The notes under the pieces: model-generated
What the model was told of the DNA's origin: nothing
The model's input: the letters and a program-made list of their open reading frames with translations, nothing else
The model's database searches: none
Position numbers and translations under genes: made by a program
DNA from: a virus
Taxonomy: Duplodnaviria; Heunggongvirae; Uroviricota; Caudoviricetes
Length of the DNA stretch: 64,000 nt
Direction: 5' to 3' (one strand)
IMG/VR virus record: IMGVR_UViG_2671181027_000003
In this document: positions 58,270-64,000 of the stretch, one piece after another
How positions within the stretch are numbered: position 1 is the first letter of the stretch
Layout: the number at the start of each line of letters is the position of its first letter

Positions 58270-58764
58270 ATGGCACGTCAAACGCCTTTCACTTCTTTCA
58301 ATAAACGTCCCCGTTCAATTCGCCTGGTTCTGGCCGAGCTGTTTAGCGGTCGTGTTTCTGCACGCCTTGCGGAACTGGAAGAACGAGTGTTTGAGCTGGA
58401 GAAGCGCATTGATGCGCAAGCTACCGCCATAGCAAATCTGGGCGCGACAGTAGGCATGGAGAAGGTGCGTGATTCCGTCGCCTCTCGTGTGTTGCGTGAA
58501 TCCAAGGCACACAAGGACAGTTCTCATGGAAAATTTTCAACGAAATCGACTGAAGCCAATGGCCTATGGAGTAATTTTAGCAACCCTGGCAGCGGTAGCC
58601 GTGCCAGCCGGTCAGAGTCTGTTGATACCGGACACAACTACTTCCACCACAACCTTGCAGACGACACCCCTGCCAGAACGACCTCCTGTCTCTCTGGATG
58701 GGATGCTGCTGGACACGATTCCAGCTCGACCTGCAACTCCGGATCTTCCTTCTGCTGTGACTGA
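58270..58764 (+). CDS. hypothetical protein (coiled-coil N-terminus; distal part doubtful)
   Basis: The first roughly 85 codons look protein-like. The remainder is Ser-rich and overlaps a better ORF in another frame. Confidence 0.3.
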   Translation: MARQTPFTSFNKRPRSIRLVLAELFSGRVSARLAELEERVFELEKRIDAQATAIANLGATVGMEKVRDSVASRVLRESKAHKDSSHGKFSTKSTEANGLWSNFSNPGSGSRASRSESVDTGHNYFHHNLADDTPARTTSCLSGWDAAGHDSSSTCNSGSSFCCD

Positions 58765-58777
58765 GGCTATTGCATGA
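58526..58777 (+). CDS. small secreted or membrane protein
   Basis: Internal Met of ORF 58469 with RBS aaggacag. Hydrophobic N-terminus, Thr/Pro-rich C-terminus. ATGA-coupled to the next gene. Confidence 0.35.
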   Translation: MENFQRNRLKPMAYGVILATLAAVAVPAGQSLLIPDTTTSTTTLQTTPLPERPPVSLDGMLLDTIPARPATPDLPSAVTEAIA

Positions 58778-58962
58778 AATGGAGCTTCCAGAAAGTCACC
58801 GCGATGATTGTTGGCCTCACCATTTTTCTGCTTGGTGGCTGGATCATGAATCTGGTGAAACTCGTGAACGGTGGCGATCTTCAGTTTGATGCCGGAATGA
58901 CGCTTGCGCGTGTCGTGGGCATTTTCGTTGTTCCGGTGGGCAGCATTCTCGGGTTCTTTTGA
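58774..58962 (+). CDS. small two-TM membrane protein
   Basis: 62 aa with two hydrophobic helices. Confidence 0.4.
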   Translation: MKWSFQKVTAMIVGLTIFLLGGWIMNLVKLVNGGDLQFDAGMTLARVVGIFVVPVGSILGFF

Positions 58963-59070
58963 TGCTGAATCCCTTTTCGGCACTGTTAAAACAAATTGTT
59001 TAGCCAATTAACCAATGAGAGTTAACAACAAGGGCCACTGACGGCCCTTTTTACACTGAATGGAGAATGT

Positions 59071-59886
59071 ATGTTTGAGGCAACCGCACACACTCCCACC
59101 ACTACAGGCTTACACGCCAAACCATCGATGACCAGTCAGGAGATCGCCGAAATGGTCGGCAGTCGCCATGACAGCGTAAAACGCACCATTAAAAGACTCG
59201 CTAAATCCGGCGTTATTACTTTTCCACCAATGGTGGAAAAGCCCACTGCCGGGCGTCCGGCTACGTTTTACTTGTTCGAAGCCGAACAGGGTAAACGCGA
59301 CAGCATCGTTGTCGTGGCGCAGCTTTCTCCTGAATTTACCGCACGCCTTGTTGATCGGTGGAGAGAGCTTGAGTCCATGTTTGCCGACCGCGGAACGCCT
59401 GCTATTCCACGTACCTATAAAGAAGCTCTGGTTCATTTGTTACACCAGGTCGAGGAAAACGAGCGTCTGGAGAAAGAGAACGAGGCGTTAGGCGTTGCAC
59501 TATCTAACGCAAAACCAAAAGCCATTCTCATGGACACCATTTGCGGCACTGCTGATGAGCTTTATGGGCTGAATGAAGCTGGTCGCATTCTCGGAACGTC
59601 CGGGGCTGTTCTGGGTGCGCTGATGGACTCGCTGGGTGATGTGTACGTTAAGCGCAAATACATCACTGTTAACCGCCAGTTCCTCAAGATCTTCATTGAC
59701 CGCGGATATGGCAAAAACGTTGTCATCGGAAACGGACGCAACCAGGCCAAGTTCACCTTTAAAGGACTTTGCTTTGCTGCCGTGAAGCTAATTGCTGCCG
59801 GGAAAATTACCGCCAGCGCCATTGAGTATGAGCCGTGTCGTGAGCATGTCGAACGTGAAATGAAGGAATCCAAACGTCTTCATTAA
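59071..59886 (+). CDS. Rha-family regulatory protein / antirepressor (KilA-C/ANT C-terminal domain)
   Basis: N-terminal MTSQEIAEMVGSRHDSVKRTIKRL (Rha motif). C-terminal GLNEAGRILG...YITVNRQFLKIFIDRGY (antirepressor-like). Confidence 0.6.
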   Translation: MFEATAHTPTTTGLHAKPSMTSQEIAEMVGSRHDSVKRTIKRLAKSGVITFPPMVEKPTAGRPATFYLFEAEQGKRDSIVVVAQLSPEFTARLVDRWRELESMFADRGTPAIPRTYKEALVHLLHQVEENERLEKENEALGVALSNAKPKAILMDTICGTADELYGLNEAGRILGTSGAVLGALMDSLGDVYVKRKYITVNRQFLKIFIDRGYGKNVVIGNGRNQAKFTFKGLCFAAVKLIAAGKITASAIEYEPCREHVEREMKESKRLH

Positions 59887-59994
59887 CCGTCAGTGTGGGC
59901 GTCCGCCTTTACGTAGCGTTTGCCCACCTTTTCAGTCACGCCACAATAACGCAATCGAGAAAACAACTTGTTTAAAAACATAAGGAAAAAACAC

Positions 59995-60567
59995 ATGTGC
60001 GAAAAATGCAAAAAAACTAATGCCAAAGTTGAAAGCGTGATTAAAAAAGTTGGTGCGGCCGAACTGGTTGAGATCATGGGTCTTGTGGTTGGTCACGAAG
60101 ACGACGCCTCCCCTATCGACCGCCTTTTCAGCGTTCTCAAGTTCTCAAGCATGATTGATGATCCGATTGAAATTGTGATGCTGGCGCGTCATTTCGGCGA
60201 AGCGTATCTGGAAGAGAAAGAACGCGCCGACAAACTTCAGGCAACGCTGGAAATGGTAAGCAAGCCGAAGTGCTCACCGGATTCAGTCAAGGCAGATGAA
60301 ACCAACGCCAGCAAAGATCGTGAAATCGCCGGGCTGAAGTCTTCTCTGGCGATGTTGCTGGCCGCCTTCAAACTGATGTCTTCCCAGGCTGGGTTCAAAA
60401 TGCCTGAGCTGAACAGCGACGATCCGATGGCCGTTCGCCAGATGCTGGGGGCAATGGCCGACCAGCTTGACGACACCAAGAGCCGTCTTGAAGACATGAT
60501 GCGCGAGCTGACCCATCGCCACGACCTGAACAAACAGCCGCACAAAACGCAGCACGTACACCACTAA
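59995..60567 (+). CDS. hypothetical coiled-coil protein
   Basis: RBS ataaggaaaaaacacATG. N-terminal CEKCKK. Confidence 0.45.
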   Translation: MCEKCKKTNAKVESVIKKVGAAELVEIMGLVVGHEDDASPIDRLFSVLKFSSMIDDPIEIVMLARHFGEAYLEEKERADKLQATLEMVSKPKCSPDSVKADETNASKDREIAGLKSSLAMLLAAFKLMSSQAGFKMPELNSDDPMAVRQMLGAMADQLDDTKSRLEDMMRELTHRHDLNKQPHKTQHVHH

Positions 60568-60582
60568 TATCTCACCTGCCGA

Positions 60583-60612
60583 CAGGGGGCGAAAGCCCCC
60601 TTTTTTACGCCT
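60583..60612 (+). terminator. rho-independent terminator
   Basis: gacagggggcgaaagcccccttttttacgcc. Confidence 0.7.
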
Positions 60613-60708
60613 TAAATCAGCTGCAACGCCTGTGAATGCTGCTTTTACGCCTTTTCAACTTTGGGAAAATAACACCAACAAGAAAACAATTTATTTAATG
60701 GTGCAATC

Positions 60709-62394
60709 ATGAATACAGCCCTTTCCATCATTGACGCTATCACCCCAAACACTGATATCGACTACCGGCAGGAAATGAACGTCATCCACGAAATTGTGGC
60801 CGAGTGCGAGAAAGAGATCGCATTCATGCATCAGGTTCACGACTTCGTTTATGGCGACGAACGCCACAACATGATTAACCGCCTGCTGCGACTCAACCAC
60901 CGGCCGGATGACGAGCGCACACGCTTTAACAGAGCCTGGCTGGATAAGGTCGACCTTGAATGGGTGAAACAGAATATCTGGGCCGAGTACTGGAAGAAGG
61001 TCACGGATATGACAAACGTTCTGCTGATCATGCCAGCTTCCCGCCGCGACGAGTGGCGGGAGCAGTTCATCGAGGGCAAGCAGGAGACCATCAGGACTGA
61101 CAGAACCGGCTACCAGATGAAGGTTAAGGAGTTCGTTGGTGTGCCGGAGTTCAAAGCAGAAACGGTCATCCCCACGATGCTCAATCTGCTGAATGACAGG
61201 CACAAATATCTCTCTGAGCGCGTGTATGGCTTGTTTAAAGCGCTGAGTCCTGCCCACAAGACCAATAAGACGAACGGCTTTAGCGAGCGTCTGATCATCG
61301 CCAACTGCATTTCCGAGTTCTGGCGGGACAGCGTCAGCGTGAACTACCGAAAAGAGGACTACATCGACGACCTGCGCGTCATGCTTCATTTCTTCGCGCA
61401 CAAAGAGTTCATCACCATCAACCGCACAACTGAGATGCTATCTGCTGCGTACCGGGCAAACGACTGCCAGACCGGTGACTGGATGAATGTCGACGGAAAC
61501 CTGATGCGCGTGAAGATGTTCAAGAACGGCAACGTTCACTTTGAAATACATCCTGACGTGGCCTGGAAGCTGAATGAGGTGCTGGCTTACAGTATGCCTG
61601 CAGCAATCCCGGCGCCATGCCGTACTGCACCCAAAACACGGGCACCAAAAGAGTTCGGGTTAATCCAGAAGACGATCTCCGAGCCGGTTCGTACCGCGCT
61701 GCGCGACGGGCGATTCAGCAAAGACAAAGGCGTCTGGTACTTCTCTGATTCCAACCTACAGAAGTCACAGGTGGAAGAGCTTGAGCGCACAATGAACTTC
61801 ATTGGCGGCGTGCAGGAGAAAAAGCACTGGCAGTTCCCGTATGAGATCGGCCATACGCTCAATACGATTGTGGCCACCGGCTTAATACCGGATACAAAAT
61901 CACACCAGTTCTACCCTACCCCACGTTTGATAGCGGAGTACGTTGCCAGAGCCATCGAGCTGAAGCCAGGTGAGAAGCTGCTGGAGCCTGAAGCCGGGCG
62001 CGGAGATCTGTTGGCCTGCATCGACGCCAATCCGGAAGACGTTACCTGCATAGAAGTCGCACCTCTCTTCGCTGATATCCTGCTTGGCAAGGGGTACACA
62101 AATACGGTCTGCTGTGACTTCATGAAGTGGTCTGAGGACAACGCAGGCTATCAGTTCGACAAAATCGTCATGAACCCGCCCTACTCTCTTGGCCGTCACA
62201 GAGAGCATACGCTGGCCGCGCTGGAGCATCTTAAAGTCGGCGGGCGACTGGTGGCTGTACTGCCGGGTGATGCGCCAGTTCTGAACTGGATGTCGCTGGA
62301 TAATTACGTTTATGCCAAAGGGAAGTCGTTTACTGACGAGTTTGAAGACACCGGAATCACTGTCAGCGTATACGTTTTCAAGCGTGCAAAATGA
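60709..62394 (+). CDS. DNA methyltransferase (N6-adenine/N4-cytosine class) with a roughly 380-aa N-terminal domain of unknown function
   Basis: FYPTP (motif X), LEPEAGRGDL (motif I, SAM binding), NPPYS (motif IV) in the C-terminal third. Confidence 0.6.
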   Translation: MNTALSIIDAITPNTDIDYRQEMNVIHEIVAECEKEIAFMHQVHDFVYGDERHNMINRLLRLNHRPDDERTRFNRAWLDKVDLEWVKQNIWAEYWKKVTDMTNVLLIMPASRRDEWREQFIEGKQETIRTDRTGYQMKVKEFVGVPEFKAETVIPTMLNLLNDRHKYLSERVYGLFKALSPAHKTNKTNGFSERLIIANCISEFWRDSVSVNYRKEDYIDDLRVMLHFFAHKEFITINRTTEMLSAAYRANDCQTGDWMNVDGNLMRVKMFKNGNVHFEIHPDVAWKLNEVLAYSMPAAIPAPCRTAPKTRAPKEFGLIQKTISEPVRTALRDGRFSKDKGVWYFSDSNLQKSQVEELERTMNFIGGVQEKKHWQFPYEIGHTLNTIVATGLIPDTKSHQFYPTPRLIAEYVARAIELKPGEKLLEPEAGRGDLLACIDANPEDVTCIEVAPLFADILLGKGYTNTVCCDFMKWSEDNAGYQFDKIVMNPPYSLGRHREHTLAALEHLKVGGRLVAVLPGDAPVLNWMSLDNYVYAKGKSFTDEFEDTGITVSVYVFKRAK

Positions 62395-62452
62395 TAGGTA
62401 AATACTTACCTAATTTGTGTAAGAATAGAGCCACTTTATCAGAGGTAAACAC

Positions 62453-63142
62453 ATGAGCGAAAAATCGAGAATTACATTCGCCAGCGTTAATCAGGCGAAG
62501 CTGCCATTTAATTTAGTGCTACAGGGGAACGAAGGAACGCCTGCCGGAACCATCAAAATCGACAAGGAGCTTGTGACGTTCGAAGGTAACTTTGATGAAT
62601 CGGCGCAGGTTTTTATCGAACATCTGGCACGCCGTTGGAGCCAGCAGTGGAGAGACCTTGAGAAACGCGCCAATGAGTTCGACCGGTTCATGGACGCAAT
62701 GGACACAGCAAAAGAGGCTCTGTCTGCCGGCACTCCGTTAGATCTGGAGTCGCTTTTCAAAGGAGAAATGGCCTCTGCGATGTTTGCCACCATGTTCGCA
62801 GGTGAGTTCGTCCGCAGCGGCGCTAGAAGCTACCTGGAGCTGGGGTACAACGTTCCTGAAATGGGCGAGTTTACCGTCACCATCCAGCGCAAAGAAGGCA
62901 AGACGCCAGGCGAACGTATCGCTGAACTTGAGGCCGTTGTTTATCAGCGTAACGGCGAGTGTGTTCGTTTGATCAACGAACGTGATGCGCTGCGCGAAGA
63001 GCAGCTAAACAAAGGCTCGAACACACGCGCGGCCGCAGACATCTACTTCCAGTTAGTTGAGGAATGCCAGATCCCACCAGGCGGCTCTTTGGTCGAGTAT
63101 GTCCGCGAATTGCAAGAGAAAGCAGAGAGGTGCTCGGCATGA
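62453..63142 (+). CDS. hypothetical protein
   Basis: 229-aa ORF with RBS gaggtaaacacATG. Confidence 0.5.
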   Translation: MSEKSRITFASVNQAKLPFNLVLQGNEGTPAGTIKIDKELVTFEGNFDESAQVFIEHLARRWSQQWRDLEKRANEFDRFMDAMDTAKEALSAGTPLDLESLFKGEMASAMFATMFAGEFVRSGARSYLELGYNVPEMGEFTVTIQRKEGKTPGERIAELEAVVYQRNGECVRLINERDALREEQLNKGSNTRAAADIYFQLVEECQIPPGGSLVEYVRELQEKAERCSA

Positions 63143-63420
63143 ATGATCTGCTTGTCGAGCGCGTCTCTGCTTTTGTTAAGTCCCCGCTGGATAATCCCCT
63201 CACCCGCGGTGAGCAGATGGAGCTGGCAAGGTGGTTTCTGCATATCCATGAGCAGATGGAAGTTTTTAAACAGTTGCCGGATCTGCCCATTACAGACGGC
63301 CATGTTCAGCAGGTGATTAACAGCCACGAAAAAGGCTGGGCGATGATTGTGCCGTGCAAAATTACCTACGAGCTGGCTAAGGAAGTGCAGGCTAACAGAG
63401 CAAGGAGTAAGGAAGAGTAA
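63139..63420 (+). CDS. hypothetical protein
   Basis: ATGA-coupled internal Met start. 93 aa. Confidence 0.4.
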   Translation: MNDLLVERVSAFVKSPLDNPLTRGEQMELARWFLHIHEQMEVFKQLPDLPITDGHVQQVINSHEKGWAMIVPCKITYELAKEVQANRARSKEE

Positions 63421-63422
63421 CT

Positions 63423-63794
63423 ATGAAGTTGGGTAATGCCGTTTCGCTGTTTTTTACAGCATTACTGGAAGGTTTCAATTATCGCTTTTGTCCGGTCTGG
63501 GATAAGGCGCTGGATAAGCTTATTGAGGAAGGAACGCTGCTTGAGGTGCGAAATGGGATAGCTCTGTTTGAGCGCGACGCCCAGCTATATGAAGTGTTCG
63601 TCGGGGCTGGCTTCAACCACTTCGGGCATCTTATTAGCTTGAATACCAAAGCCATCGACGAGAGCGTCATGCGCCGTCCGTCGTTCCGTGTAATGGATAA
63701 GCTGCAACGTCATGTAAATGCCGAATTACTCCGCGTAGCCAAAGAAAAAGAACGAGAGCTACAGGCGATGATTGGATCGCTTATCGCTGAGTAA
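63423..63794 (+). CDS. hypothetical protein
   Basis: 123-aa ORF; terminator hairpin at about 63798-63830. Confidence 0.45.
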   Translation: MKLGNAVSLFFTALLEGFNYRFCPVWDKALDKLIEEGTLLEVRNGIALFERDAQLYEVFVGAGFNHFGHLISLNTKAIDESVMRRPSFRVMDKLQRHVNAELLRVAKEKERELQAMIGSLIAE

Positions 63795-63886
63795 ATGAAG
63801 GCCACTATTGTGGCCTTTAATAATTTGTTTTCTACCTTTTCTTATCTGTGAAAATAACCACATCCAGAAAACAACGGAGTTAAGAA

Positions 63887-63999
63887 TGTCCCGTATTTCC
63901 AAAGCCCATATGTTTGCCGCTGGCGCTCATGGCGGCGTTGGCCAGAAAAGAAAATATACCGGTGAAGACTACATCAACCACCCGGTTGCTGTCCGCGAG
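63887..63999 (+). CDS. HD-domain (p)ppGpp hydrolase-like protein, 5' fragment truncated by the window edge
   Basis: MSRISKAHMFAAGAHGGVGQKRKYTGEDYINHPVAV matches the N-terminal HD motif of SpoT/Mesh1-type hydrolases. Continues past the window. Confidence 0.45.
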
Positions 64000-64000
64000 A

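Noticed and set aside
58270-58777. Lambda Rz/Rz1-like embedded spanin pair
   Set aside because: The outer ORF lacks an N-terminal TM segment and the embedded ORF lacks a lipobox cysteine, so it does not fit spanin architecture.

Overview
This 64 kb window looks like the replication and nucleotide-metabolism half of a large temperate enterobacterial phage-plasmid, about 50% GC. The element class it most resembles is the SSU5 / pHCM2 / pMT1 group; that assignment is an inference from gene content, not a database hit. Genes sit almost entirely on the + strand and many are translationally coupled through ATGA or TGATG overlaps.

Recognisable core genes: DnaB-type helicase, DnaG-type primase, ATP-dependent DNA ligase, PhoH, glutaredoxin, a tyrosine recombinase with an adjacent XRE-type HTH regulator, and a CobT-like vWA protein paired with a CobS/MoxR-like AAA+ ATPase. 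There is a DnaE (Pol III alpha, C-family) polymerase with a degenerate UDG-like C-terminal domain, plus a separate DnaQ-like proofreading exonuclease. Also present: a gp32-like SSB, flap endonuclease, RecA, SbcD/SbcC, RuvC-like resolvase, class Ia ribonucleotide reductase NrdA/NrdB, a MazG-like pyrophosphohydrolase, an insertion-bearing thymidylate synthase, DHFR, a P-loop kinase, a phage-type Dam methyltransferase, a second long N6-adenine methyltransferase fusion, a Rha/KilA-C antirepressor and a partial HD-domain (p)ppGpp-hydrolase-like gene at the 3' edge.

The window also carries a P1-type plasmid replicon: repA on the minus strand at 35024-36088 is flanked on both sides by arrays of about 19-bp CCACTGTAGTGAGTA-type iterons and by two GATC-dense origin-like blocks. 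One tRNA-Asn (GTT) lies at 9922-9996, followed immediately by a perfect 20-bp inverted repeat and preceded by about 740 bp of ORF-free, highly structured DNA.

Two genome-wide cis signals recur. One is a 22-bp palindrome, GATAGGTAAGTACTTACCTATC and close variants, in at least 16 intergenic regions just upstream of genes. The other is a conserved translation-initiation context, AAGGAAAAACACATG.

Several AT-rich, mostly minus-strand cassettes interrupt the core and are the best candidates for accessory, defence or exclusion functions. The strongest is an operon at 55431-56854 encoding a 4-TM membrane protein followed by a 276-aa soluble protein (Kiwa-like architecture), sitting next to a 770-bp ORF-free structured region. 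Others are a membrane-anchored small GTPase (51267-52382), an HNH-nuclease / lipoprotein / unknown trio (10745-12938), two lone AT-rich genes (88-804; 4401-5453), tandem lipoproteins with a convergent gene (25754-27205), an SPFH-domain lipoprotein operon, and a minus-strand gene pair next to the recombinase. All functional calls rest on motif recognition by eye; no searches were run.
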